Part shown: in pieces, positions 7,926-17,263 of the stretch
How positions within the stretch are numbered: position 1 is the stretch's first letter
How the letters are laid out: every line of letters starts with the position of its first letter
Translations under genes and position numbers: made by a program
Source of the DNA: an uncultured Gammaproteobacteria bacterium
GTDB lineage: Bacteria; Patescibacteriota; Microgenomatia; Levybacterales; UBA12049
Assembly (NCBI GenBank): GCA_964497535.1
Contig: CAZCCG010000001.1
Coordinates: 130,688 to 194,687 of the forward strand
Length of the DNA: 64,000 nucleotides
Direction: 5' to 3'
Notes under the pieces: generated by a model
Told to the model about the DNA's origin: nothing
Seen by the model: only the letters and a program-made list of their open reading frames with translations
Database searches by the model: none

Positions 7926-10631
7926 ATGACTCAGACGCAGCAACAAAAAACTCCGCCGATTCTTATTATTGACAGGCAAGGAATACTGGGTGCCAAGCTT
8001 GCACTTGTTCTGCAGGAGATTACTCCGATTGTTTTTATCTCAGATACGCGGGAATTATTTGAGCATAGAGAGTTTATCAAGCAAATTCATCAGAAAGAAT
8101 ACTGGGATAAAATTCCTCAAATCCCCAATCTCAAGTATTCACATATTTTTGTAGTATATACAAAAGGAGTAGGGGAATTTCTGACCCAATTTCTGAAAAA
8201 AGCAGAATCGGATGGATCACGTATTGTTTTGCTGTTTCCGTTGAGTACATACCGAAAAGAAACAGCGGAAAAGATTATGAATGCGTACCCCACGTGTTCC
8301 ATTATCATTTTCGGAGACCTATTCGCGGAGGAAAAATTAAACACAAATACCATTATCAATCGATATCTGCAAAGTGCTCAAAAACATCTTCGTATTAATG
8401 TCCCCAATGATGGTACTCACAGTACCTATCCTGTATTTTTACCAGATGCCATAGAAGGTATCCTGAAATGTGGTTTCTCACAGGGACAGCATCTGGTATT
8501 TTTGTTTCCCCAGCATCCACCCACGATGCTTTCTCTGGCGCATATGATTCATAAAGCAGAACCGGAGGTAACGATCGATTTTTATCAGGATAAAACACTT
8601 CCTATTCAAAAGCAGGTTGGGGATGAAGGGCGTTATGTTTTGGGTAGCGATTATCCACTTGCCAAACGGATACGGCACGTAGTTGAGGGTTTACATATCT
8701 CCCCTCAAAAAAAAACTATTCTCAAGCATTCTACCAAGAATAGTTCCCTACAGGATTCTCCAAAAGCAGGTCCTAAAAAATTGTTGCTCGTTCTGGGGAT
8801 ATTGTTCGTATTGGCATTGCCTATGTTGGCAACTCTAAGTGGGGTTCTGCTTAGCTTTTTGCTGCTATCATCAGCAAAGCAGGATATCGAGCGGGGAGAC
8901 TTCAAAAAGGCACAATCGGCTGTAAGTGTTGCCGCCCCGCTTCTTGCAGCATCCCAGAAGGCCTCAGCTGTTGTCGTTGCCCAGGCATCTTTAATTGGCC
9001 AAGGAAAGAAAGCCAGGATGTTGTCTCAAACCCTTGAGATAGCGGCAGATTTGGTAGATAGTGTACATTATTCATTGGAGGGAGTAGTGAGTCTCAAAAG
9101 CGTTTTTGCCCAAACAAGCAAAAACCCCAAGTCAGATTTTGTAAATGCGCTGAATTCATTTAAAAATACATTGGAGTTGATGCAGCGTCTCCAAACTCGT
9201 ACTCCGACCTCACCTTTGGATGGATCACTAATTCGTAGTGCTTCACTTTTCGGGCAGAGAATTATCCCCAGTCTGGAGCTGTTGTCTGGTATTTCTGAGG
9301 TATTGCCGCAATTGGTTGGATTCGATGGTCAGAGAAAATATCTACTGCTGTTCCAAAATAATATGGAGCTTCGTCCTGGTGGGGGATTTATTGGTTCCTA
9401 TGGTTTGGTAACACTGAAAAACGGTTTGTTGAAAGAGTTTAGAATTTATGATGTATACGATGCTGATGGACAATTAAAAGCTCATATTGAGCCGTCATTT
9501 CCGGTGAGGCGCTATTTGGGAAATGTACATCTGTATCTTCGTGACAGCAATTTCGATGTTGATTTTCAACAGAATGCCTCAAATGCGGCCAGATTGCTCT
9601 TTGAAGAAAAAGGAGATAAAGTCGATGGGGTAGTAGGAGTTGATGTTTTATTCGTCAAAGAATTACTCTCAGCAATTGGATCCGTATATGTCGCCGATTA
9701 TGATGAGACAATAACCTCGCAGAACCTTTTTCTAAAAGCCGAGACCCATGCAGAGAAGAATTTTTTTGAGGGATCGACCCAAAAGAAGGAGTTTCTGCGC
9801 TCGGTATTTAATGCAATGCGGTTGAAGCTTGAAACCGGCAAGAACCTGCCGTATTTGGCAATCGCAAAAGCAGTACGGAATGCAATTTTGCAAAAGCATA
9901 TCCTTTTTGCGTTTGCTAACCCTACCATACAAAGTCTATTTACCGTTCAGGGGATGTCAGGAGCGCTGTGGGATCAGCGGCCGGATGACCCGCAAGTAAT
10001 AAATGACTTTTTGGGTATTAATGAAGCAAATGTTGGAATAAATAAAGCTAATTATTTTCTCAGCCGTAGAATGAATCAGTCGGTAGGGATTGATACTGAC
10101 GGGAGTATAACGGAGCGAGTGACCGTATCCTATTCTAATGCCAGTAATGGATGGCCTGGCGGGGATTATACGGATTACTTCCGTTTGATTGTTCCGCAAG
10201 GCGCAATACTCGCAGATATTGCAATTGATGATGCTATTGTGACTACAACACCGGCTATTACGGATTTTCTCAGATATGAAGCCAAGAATTTCAAAAAACC
10301 TGACGATCTGGAAATTGAAACACAAAATGAAAATGGCAAAACGCTCTATGGATTTCTTATTACCGTTCCGGCAAAAGGAACGAAAAAAGTGACTGTTTCT
10401 TATACGCTTGCCAAAAAAATTGATCTTTCTCAACCGGTTTTCTCCTATGATCTGATGCTTTTTAAGCAACCGGGAACAGATCAGGATCCCTATACTTTTA
10501 GCCTTTCATATCCTGATGGATTTAAAATTCTACATTCGACTCCTGGGATAGAGAGTCGGATTGGCAATGTTGTTTATACCTCCCCACTGACGACAGATAA
10601 GAATCTTCGTGTCGACTTTACCAAAAAATAG
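7926..10631 (+). CDS. large membrane-anchored protein with a DUF4012-like extracytoplasmic domain
   Basis: 901 aa. An N-terminal cytoplasmic domain of about 285 aa, a single TM (LLLVLGILFVLALPMLATLSGVLLSFLLL), then a large domain containing YLLLFQNNMELRPGGGFIGSYGLVTLKNGLL, the motif I associate with DUF4012. Confidence 0.5.
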   Translation: MTQTQQQKTPPILIIDRQGILGAKLALVLQEITPIVFISDTRELFEHREFIKQIHQKEYWDKIPQIPNLKYSHIFVVYTKGVGEFLTQFLKKAESDGSRIVLLFPLSTYRKETAEKIMNAYPTCSIIIFGDLFAEEKLNTNTIINRYLQSAQKHLRINVPNDGTHSTYPVFLPDAIEGILKCGFSQGQHLVFLFPQHPPTMLSLAHMIHKAEPEVTIDFYQDKTLPIQKQVGDEGRYVLGSDYPLAKRIRHVVEGLHISPQKKTILKHSTKNSSLQDSPKAGPKKLLLVLGILFVLALPMLATLSGVLLSFLLLSSAKQDIERGDFKKAQSAVSVAAPLLAASQKASAVVVAQASLIGQGKKARMLSQTLEIAADLVDSVHYSLEGVVSLKSVFAQTSKNPKSDFVNALNSFKNTLELMQRLQTRTPTSPLDGSLIRSASLFGQRIIPSLELLSGISEVLPQLVGFDGQRKYLLLFQNNMELRPGGGFIGSYGLVTLKNGLLKEFRIYDVYDADGQLKAHIEPSFPVRRYLGNVHLYLRDSNFDVDFQQNASNAARLLFEEKGDKVDGVVGVDVLFVKELLSAIGSVYVADYDETITSQNLFLKAETHAEKNFFEGSTQKKEFLRSVFNAMRLKLETGKNLPYLAIAKAVRNAILQKHILFAFANPTIQSLFTVQGMSGALWDQRPDDPQVINDFLGINEANVGINKANYFLSRRMNQSVGIDTDGSITERVTVSYSNASNGWPGGDYTDYFRLIVPQGAILADIAIDDAIVTTTPAITDFLRYEAKNFKKPDDLEIETQNENGKTLYGFLITVPAKGTKKVTVSYTLAKKIDLSQPVFSYDLMLFKQPGTDQDPYTFSLSYPDGFKILHSTPGIESRIGNVVYTSPLTTDKNLRVDFTKK

Positions 10632-10677
10632 CTTCAAAACGTGCAATTTCGCTTCAGTTTTTATATAATCATCGTTT

Positions 10678-12783
10678 ATGGCCAGACATGAGTCAAATTT
10701 TGATATTCGGGCAACGCGGTTCGATCATTTAGCGCAGGATCTTTGCTATGGACTTCCCCAGAAACAAGTAGACGCTCTCGAAGAGGAAACATTACATATG
10801 ATGGGAGAGCGAAAGCCTGAGGTGGAAGCCGAGCCAACCTATTACCTCACTGGGGAGAATTCGCCCTTTTCTACAAAACCTGATATTTCACCAACAGAAC
10901 AAGTACGCAGATTGGCGAAGGGATTATTGGGGACAGAACAAACGCTGTATGAACCGGTAATCCGAGAACAAGAACAACCCGTTGTAGCGGAAACCATACC
11001 TGAGGAAAAGAAAAAAAATCCATGGGAAGAATACTTTGAAGGAAGAGAAAGAACAGATCCGGTCCATTTTCTTGCAGAATTTAAAGCACTGACAAATTTT
11101 TATGAATATCCTGAAACAGGACTGCAGGTATTAAGAGACGTAATTGGGTTTAAGAGATTTAGAAATGACGGGACGATTGAAGGATATGAGCAAAAATTGG
11201 AAGAAGAAGTAAAAAAAGGGCAAACAGAAGCTGCCTCATTTGGAATTGCAAAGATCGGGCACCAAAAGTTTGTATTTGCCGCAACACACTGGGGTTTTAT
11301 GAGAGGTTCTATGGGCAGTGCGGTGGGTGAAGAGCTTGTCATGGCAATGGAGCTTGCCCAGCGGGAAAAATTACCTCTTGTTGCTCTTCATTCATCAGCA
11401 GGGGTACGGCAACAGGAGAATACTGCCGGGTTAATGCAAATGCCAAAGCTAGCAGATGAACTTCAAGAGTTTGAGGAACAACTAGCGGAAAGAAATATTC
11501 CTTATATTTCTATTTTGTGTGAATGTTTTGGCGGATTATCAGCAAGTATAGCAACTGGGGATATAACAATCGGAGTAAAAGGTACCCGGTATGGGTTTGC
11601 GGGTCCTGAGCCAATCCAGGAATATCAAGGACCAACGAAGCCACCGGTTACATGGGCTGATCAAAGTGTTGAAAGACATCTCGCTGAAGGGAATATCGAT
11701 TTGTTAGTAGACAATCCTAAAGACCTTCAAGAGAGGTTGAGAGTATTATTTGCTTTGCTTCGAAATAAAAAACGAAATAATGAAAAAACTAAGACTACTA
11801 TACCACCAATAGCTGAGGGAAAGATTATCCGTCATATTCCGGAACCAGGATTTTATGCCCCCGATCAATTGGTCCGGCTAAATACCATAGAACCTATTGT
11901 TGATGAAGCACCGGTAAGAGAACGCACTCTTTTCCAAACGTCCGAGGCTTTAAATTTTGATCCCAATAGACCAGAATTTCAGGATATTTTACAGATGGGA
12001 GTACCAGATTTTTTTCCGCTGTATATGGGCTGGAAACTTCCCAATGAGGAGCATAATATGTTGCACTATCCGCCAATAGCAGCAGCAATCGGGAGGCTGG
12101 GGGATCAAACGGTCATGCTTATCGGGAACATGCCTCAGTATTATGAAGATGCAGGTAATGTAAGAAAGTTACCGTCAAGCCCAGATGTTAAAAATATACA
12201 ACGGATGAATCGGCTCTATAGACTAGCAGAAAAGCTGGGCTTAGATTGTGTTGTATTTTGTAATACTCCGGGAGCAAAACCAACATTAGCACAAGAATAT
12301 TTAGGCATGCCATTTGCTATTCAGGAAGCAATGAAAGCAGGGGGTCGATTCAAAAAAAGATTGATAACAGTAATCAATGGAAAATTAGGCAGTGGGGGAG
12401 GTTTGGTAACGGCCCCTCGTGGAGATAGAGTGCTCATTACTGAGGATTCATTTGCCGGAGCTGCAGATTTGCCTTATATGGTTCGTATCGTAAAGAAAAA
12501 TGCTACGCAAGAGGATAAGGAACTTATTGCCTCAAATATGAGAGGAACAGCACATGACCAGAAAGACCTTGAATTTGCCGATGAAGTTATCTATTTTCCC
12601 GCGGAAGGATCTTCCCGACGTCCTGTTGCAGCAGTTGGCGCAATTTGTACAGCAGTCGTAAACGCTTCAGTAACATTAAATGAAAGTTCTTTAGCTCATG
12701 TAAGAAGAGAAAGAAGAAAAAGAATAAGAAGACTCAGGGGGATGCCGTTACGTCATAGAACTACCAAGGAAGAGAAAAACTAG
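10678..12783 (+). CDS. fused acetyl-CoA carboxylase carboxyltransferase (AccD-like N-half plus AccA-like C-half)
   Basis: N-half FMRGSMGSAVGEE...LHSSAGVRQQENTAGLMQMPKL matches AccD (FMGGSMGSVVG...SGGARMQE...SLMQMAK). C-half NTPGAKPTLAQEYLG...INGKLGSGGGLV matches AccA (TPGAYPGVGAEE...IGEGGSGGALA). Also a roughly 130-aa N-terminal extension and a basic C-terminal tail. Confidence 0.65.
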   Translation: MARHESNFDIRATRFDHLAQDLCYGLPQKQVDALEEETLHMMGERKPEVEAEPTYYLTGENSPFSTKPDISPTEQVRRLAKGLLGTEQTLYEPVIREQEQPVVAETIPEEKKKNPWEEYFEGRERTDPVHFLAEFKALTNFYEYPETGLQVLRDVIGFKRFRNDGTIEGYEQKLEEEVKKGQTEAASFGIAKIGHQKFVFAATHWGFMRGSMGSAVGEELVMAMELAQREKLPLVALHSSAGVRQQENTAGLMQMPKLADELQEFEEQLAERNIPYISILCECFGGLSASIATGDITIGVKGTRYGFAGPEPIQEYQGPTKPPVTWADQSVERHLAEGNIDLLVDNPKDLQERLRVLFALLRNKKRNNEKTKTTIPPIAEGKIIRHIPEPGFYAPDQLVRLNTIEPIVDEAPVRERTLFQTSEALNFDPNRPEFQDILQMGVPDFFPLYMGWKLPNEEHNMLHYPPIAAAIGRLGDQTVMLIGNMPQYYEDAGNVRKLPSSPDVKNIQRMNRLYRLAEKLGLDCVVFCNTPGAKPTLAQEYLGMPFAIQEAMKAGGRFKKRLITVINGKLGSGGGLVTAPRGDRVLITEDSFAGAADLPYMVRIVKKNATQEDKELIASNMRGTAHDQKDLEFADEVIYFPAEGSSRRPVAAVGAICTAVVNASVTLNESSLAHVRRERRKRIRRLRGMPLRHRTTKEEKN

Positions 12784-12795
12784 TATAATAAAGAA

Positions 12796-13716
12796 ATGAA
12801 TATCTTTTCCGTCCTTCTTACCATTGCCGGACTGTGTTTGTTTGAGGTCATTTCAAGCATCGATAATGCCATTATCAATGCCGAAGTGCTCTCAACAATG
12901 AGCCAAAAAGCACGACGGTGGTTTGTTACCTACGGGCTCTTTTTTGCAGTTATTGTCTTGCGAGGATTATTACCCTGGGTTATCGTTTTTCTGGTAAACC
13001 CCTCGTTGGGACCTCTGGGTGCATTGACCGCAACATTTAGCAATGATCCCCGTGTGCACGAATCGGTTGAATCATCCGCACCACTACTATTTGTTGGTGG
13101 TGGAATCTTTTTGGTATTTCTTTTTTTCCATTGGCTTTTTTTGGAACCCAAACATTTTGGAATCAAAGGGGAGCGGTTTTTTGTAGAACAAGGAGTGTGG
13201 TTTTACGCAGTTATTTCAATCCTTCTGACAGGAGTTGTCTGGTTTGCGTTGCAGATAAATCCGCTTCTGGCATTCTCAGCAGTTATAGGTTCGACAGCTT
13301 TTTTTATCACGCATGGATTTCGACAAAATGCTGAAAAAAGTGAAGAAACCCTTTTGAAAGGAAAAAACGGACTGTCAGATATTAGTAAGATTTTATATCT
13401 TGAGGTCATTGATGCGAGTTTTTCAATTGATGGGGTATTGGGAGCGTTTGCTTTCACGCTTTCAGTTCCATTGATTCTGATTGGAAATGGTCTGGGAGCA
13501 TTTGTCTTACGTGAATTAACTATTCGTAATATAGAGAATATCAAAAAGTATCGATATCTGAAAAATGGGGCAATGTATTCAATCCTGGTACTGGGAATTA
13601 TCATGCTGATGAATGGGTTTGGAGCGCATATTCCGGAGGCATTATCTCCTGTGGTGACATTTGGAATTGTAGGATATTTCTTTATCAAATCCCACCAGGA
13701 ACTGAAGAGAAACTAA
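12796..13716 (+). CDS. TerC/DUF475-family integral membrane protein
   Basis: 306 aa multi-TM. Two TerC-type repeats with conserved S-x-D motifs (EVISSIDNAIINAEVL and LEVIDASFSIDGVLGAFAF). Confidence 0.5.
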   Translation: MNIFSVLLTIAGLCLFEVISSIDNAIINAEVLSTMSQKARRWFVTYGLFFAVIVLRGLLPWVIVFLVNPSLGPLGALTATFSNDPRVHESVESSAPLLFVGGGIFLVFLFFHWLFLEPKHFGIKGERFFVEQGVWFYAVISILLTGVVWFALQINPLLAFSAVIGSTAFFITHGFRQNAEKSEETLLKGKNGLSDISKILYLEVIDASFSIDGVLGAFAFTLSVPLILIGNGLGAFVLRELTIRNIENIKKYRYLKNGAMYSILVLGIIMLMNGFGAHIPEALSPVVTFGIVGYFFIKSHQELKRN

Positions 13717-13885
13717 TCTGGTATTTTGTATCTAGTATTTGGTATAGGGAGTTAGCAATGAGCAATTAACAGTAGGGAATGTGTTTATTGTTTCGTTTTT
13801 CAATCAACTACACGCTACCAGCCTCGCCAGACGCGAGTCTAGGCGGGAACGCTTCTAACTAAACGCTTCCAAGTTTGTAGATTAC

Positions 13886-14749
13886 TTAGGAGCGCTTGAC
13901 GTGAGCGAAGAGGGGACAGTTTTTATGCAGGGTGCAGGTTGGATATTTCCCTCGGGCAGTTGCACGTCCATGTTCAATCAGTAAATATGTTAGCTGGAAC
14001 CACTGGTCTTTAGGAAATAATTTCATCAAATCCTGCTCGATTTTATTTGGATCCGTATTTTTTGTAAGCCCCAAAAGCTGAGCCTGTTTGCGTACATGCG
14101 TATCTACCGCAATTCCTTCATATACATGGTAGGCATTTCCCAAAACTACATTTGCTGTTTTTCTGGCAGCGCCAGGAATTGTAATCATCCCGGCCATTGT
14201 TTTGGGAACTTCTCCATGGAATTTCTCCAAGATGACTTTTGCTGCTGCCTGCAGGCTTTTTGCTTTGGCACGGTAAAACCCTGTTGAATAAATATCCTTT
14301 TCAAGTTCATGAATATCTCCCTGTGCAAAGTTGACAAGCTCGATAAACTTGTTCTCATCGAGCTTGTCATCCTGAGCAAGCGAAGCGCGTCGAAGGATCT
14401 CTGCTTTTCTTTCAAGCATGGGATGAGATTCTTCGCTGGTGCTCAGAATGACATGACGGTAATTATCATAGTGCTTTTTGAGTTCAGGATTCGCTTTTCT
14501 ATATTTTGGAAATAATTTTTCCGTAACTTTATTTACGCCAATATCGGTAGATTGAGCAGAAAGAATAACGGCAACCAGAAGTTCCCAGTTATTGTCCCAA
14601 TTCAGGATCATTTTTGCATGAGGATAATGATCTTTCAATAATGTAAAAATCTCTTGGGCATATTGCTTGGTTGGCTGTGGCATGGACGAATTATAAAAGA
14701 AAAGGAGGAGGTTGTCTATGAATGAGAATTTTCTCCAGTAGGATCCCAT
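13886..14749 (-). CDS. nth: endonuclease III-like HhH-GPD DNA glycosylase (no complete Fe-S cysteine set)
   Basis: ELLVAVILSAQSTDIGVNKVTEKLF and GEVPKTMAGMITIPGAARKTANVVLGNAYHV...IAVDTHVRKQAQLLGL...LLIEHGRATA match the Nth HhH-GPD core. Has a ~40-aa insertion, and the C-terminus carries only 2 Cys (CTLHKNC) instead of the C-X6-C-X2-C-X5-C cluster. Confidence 0.65.
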   Translation of the reverse strand: MGSYWRKFSFIDNLLLFFYNSSMPQPTKQYAQEIFTLLKDHYPHAKMILNWDNNWELLVAVILSAQSTDIGVNKVTEKLFPKYRKANPELKKHYDNYRHVILSTSEESHPMLERKAEILRRASLAQDDKLDENKFIELVNFAQGDIHELEKDIYSTGFYRAKAKSLQAAAKVILEKFHGEVPKTMAGMITIPGAARKTANVVLGNAYHVYEGIAVDTHVRKQAQLLGLTKNTDPNKIEQDLMKLFPKDQWFQLTYLLIEHGRATARGKYPTCTLHKNCPLFAHVKRS

Positions 14750-15039
14750 TGGGCAGGAGTATAGCCTTTATCGGATGCCGGAATAGCTATTTGGGTGGTA
14801 GTAATTCCCTCATACTCGTCATGTATTCTTAATGTCCGCATTCTCGTGAATTCTCGGTGGGAAACTCCATCAGAGGACTCGGTGCCTGGTTGAGTCAACC
14901 CATATTGTTCTTCACCAAATAAAGTTAGATCCATATCTTCTGCACCGGGAGGAAGATCGTGATGCATACGAGAAACTGGAGGAAGGCCAGATGTTCGCTC
15001 GACTGGTGGTCCTCCCTCCAGTTGTTCAAACTTATTCAT
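14716..15039 (-). CDS. hypothetical small acidic, Pro/Gly-rich protein
   Basis: 107-aa ORF overlapping the nth start by 34 nt. No recognizable domain and a weak RBS. GC visibly higher than the flanking genes. Confidence 0.3.
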   Translation of the reverse strand: MNKFEQLEGGPPVERTSGLPPVSRMHHDLPPGAEDMDLTLFGEEQYGLTQPGTESSDGVSHREFTRMRTLRIHDEYEGITTTQIAIPASDKGYTPAQWDPTGENSHS

Positions 15040-15273
15040 ACAGGCATCTTACCCAAAATAAAAATGGCGTGCTTGACAAGTGAGGGACATAATTCTGACA
15101 AGAAATCCTGTTATCGGTTCTCAGTCTCCCGCCTGCAACGCTTTGCGTAGCATTGCGGGCAGGTCGGTTTTCAGATCTTAGTTGGTCTGTTTTCTGTTTT
15201 TCAGTTAAACCGATAGACTGAATACTGATAGACTTGGATCTGATAACAGAGAACAGAAAACTGGATTCTTGTT

Positions 15274-16341
15274 TTATATTACGAGATGGGATGCTCCCAG
15301 GATCGGGCTATTTTCAATTTCAACTAAATCAATCGTATGGTTTGTTAATTGTGGAAGGAGTGCATCAACCCGTTTTTTATATGACGTATCCCAGAAAAAA
15401 CTGCCGTCCATAACAAATATCATATCTTTTTGTCTAAACTCCGTTATTGCCGCCAGTTGGGCACAGATATAGCCTGCGGATCGATCGAGGAGTTCATTTG
15501 CAAGGTTGGATAGTTGCGGTATATGTTGTTGGGAAATATTTTTTAACTCAAGCGTTGAAGTAAGCGGTTGAAAAGAAACACCCTTTTTTTGAATAATGAG
15601 ATTAAAATGTCTATATAAATAGGCACCCGTTATTTCTTTCTCAAATAAAGCGGATTGAGGAAGTGTCGATTCCTGATCAATTTGTTTTCCTTCTTCACTT
15701 TGAGTGAATTTATCAAAGCTATTTGATTCGAGATTTACCAAATGGGTATCATCGATAAAAAACGCAGCATTCATACCGGTTCCCAAAATACCGCAGGCTA
15801 AGGTATCTTTTTTGTATTTTGTTAAGCCGGATAAGAGGAGGCATACGGTATCATTTGCGCAAGAAACAACTATTCTTTGACCACGTTTTTTTAAGAAATA
15901 TTCCGCAATTGTTTTTCCAACTTGTTTGCCCACCAAACCCTTGAATTCATGTTCCTTTGTTCCTCGTATCAATATGCCATCTAAGACATTATTGTCCAGG
16001 ACTGGAGTAAGGGGAACGGCGAAATCCAGCGCTACAACTTTGGTATCAATATGAAGTTTGGTATCCAGATAGTTAAGGAAGACATCAACAGTGTCAAATA
16101 TGGGTTGCATTTTCTCTTCATAACTGAGGGTCTCTATATGATTATTCACTTTTTTTACATGGGCTACTTTGCCCATGCTGCCGCCTACGACAATTACCTG
16201 AAACTCCTGTCCGTCGGTGATAAGCGGTACTGTAGGCAGAGGATTAATAATAAAAGGAAGACTGGTTTTTTTACCAGCTGCCGCATCTTTTAATTCCTGG
16301 ACAAAATTATCCCGGACTGTTTGTAGGATTGCTATATCCAT
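15274..16341 (-). CDS. hexokinase-family sugar kinase
   Basis: Motifs in hexokinase order: VIVVGGSMGKV (phosphate-1), ALDFAVPL (sugar site), ANDTVCLLLSG (NDTVGTL-like), GILGTGMNAAF (GxIxGTGxNxxY), VMDGSFFWDTSYKKRV and a C-terminal ENSPILGASHLV. Confidence 0.6.
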   Translation of the reverse strand: MDIAILQTVRDNFVQELKDAAAGKKTSLPFIINPLPTVPLITDGQEFQVIVVGGSMGKVAHVKKVNNHIETLSYEEKMQPIFDTVDVFLNYLDTKLHIDTKVVALDFAVPLTPVLDNNVLDGILIRGTKEHEFKGLVGKQVGKTIAEYFLKKRGQRIVVSCANDTVCLLLSGLTKYKKDTLACGILGTGMNAAFFIDDTHLVNLESNSFDKFTQSEEGKQIDQESTLPQSALFEKEITGAYLYRHFNLIIQKKGVSFQPLTSTLELKNISQQHIPQLSNLANELLDRSAGYICAQLAAITEFRQKDMIFVMDGSFFWDTSYKKRVDALLPQLTNHTIDLVEIENSPILGASHLVI

Positions 16342-16432
16342 CTATTTATAGTTGCGAACGGTGTAATATACACATATTTCAGGCATGATACCATATTTTC
16401 CAATTGTTGAGATAAGTATATCACGGAATTAT

Positions 16433-17263
16433 TCATATAGTTCTGATTGTTTGGAGTACTTCACCAATCGCGTCATGATACGAGCTATTGGCAACAAATC
16501 CACCATGATCCTGTACAAATTGTTTGTATTCGTCACTCGCGTTGCCAACTGCCGCAACCAGTCCTCCTCTTTCAAGAAGCTGGGATGCGGCATCGATATC
16601 TCGATTATGATCGGCAATAAAAACAGTGGGGGTTGTATGAGGATCGATGGTATGAAGAGAGAGAAGTGTTTGGATGCCTTCTCTTTTGGAAAGTCCCCGG
16701 GGATCTATGTCAATTGCTTTTCCTACATCGATTCTGAAACGATCAGTACAGGCAAGCTCCTCAAGCACCGGTGCCACTTGATGCATTGCGTACTCATGGA
16801 TGTCACACTCTTTTGGGGGTACAATAACAGTTTTTATATATCCCATTCCGGGAAGAAATTGAGCTTCATCTGGTGAAAAAGGAATTGAGGCAACAGCCCC
16901 CTGTTCTTGGAGAGCCTGCCGCAGACGAGGAACATCATGGGATGCATATGTTTTCCATTGTGGGAGAACCGCTTGGGTATTATGTCCTACATCATAGAGT
17001 GATCCTCCACCTTCAGTAATCCATAAACCGTTCTTTTCTCCCAAATAATAAGCAACCGGTTGCATCTCCGAAGGTGGTCTATTGGTAAGTACAGAAACGG
17101 CGCCGCCATTTCGCCGAAAATCCTGCAAGTGCTTGGCCATTTGGACATACGCATCAGGATTAAGGGTATGAAATTGCGGCCATCGTAACACAACTCCATC
17201 AAGATCCAGAATAAGGAATTGTCGTGGTTTTGCTTCTATTTCTGCTGAAGGTCGTTCATGCAT
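16433..17263 (-). CDS. HAD-superfamily (IIB-like) phosphatase
   Basis: Motif I LILDLDGVV near the N-terminus, 276 aa. In an operon with the hexokinase-family gene. Confidence 0.5.
   Translation of the reverse strand: MHERPSAEIEAKPRQFLILDLDGVVLRWPQFHTLNPDAYVQMAKHLQDFRRNGGAVSVLTNRPPSEMQPVAYYLGEKNGLWITEGGGSLYDVGHNTQAVLPQWKTYASHDVPRLRQALQEQGAVASIPFSPDEAQFLPGMGYIKTVIVPPKECDIHEYAMHQVAPVLEELACTDRFRIDVGKAIDIDPRGLSKREGIQTLLSLHTIDPHTTPTVFIADHNRDIDAASQLLERGGLVAAVGNASDEYKQFVQDHGGFVANSSYHDAIGEVLQTIRTI

Noticed and set aside
10678-12783. Calling the 701-aa carboxyltransferase a propionyl-CoA carboxylase beta subunit
   Set aside because: The N-half motifs (FMxGSMGS, SGGxRxQE, LMQMxK) fit AccD and the C-half (TPGAxP, GxGGSGG) fits AccA, better than PCC-beta signatures, so I kept the neutral 'fused AccD-AccA' call.
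14716-15039. Treating the small ORF upstream of nth as a confident gene
   Set aside because: It has no recognizable domain, a weak RBS and overlaps nth. I kept it only as a low-confidence feature.
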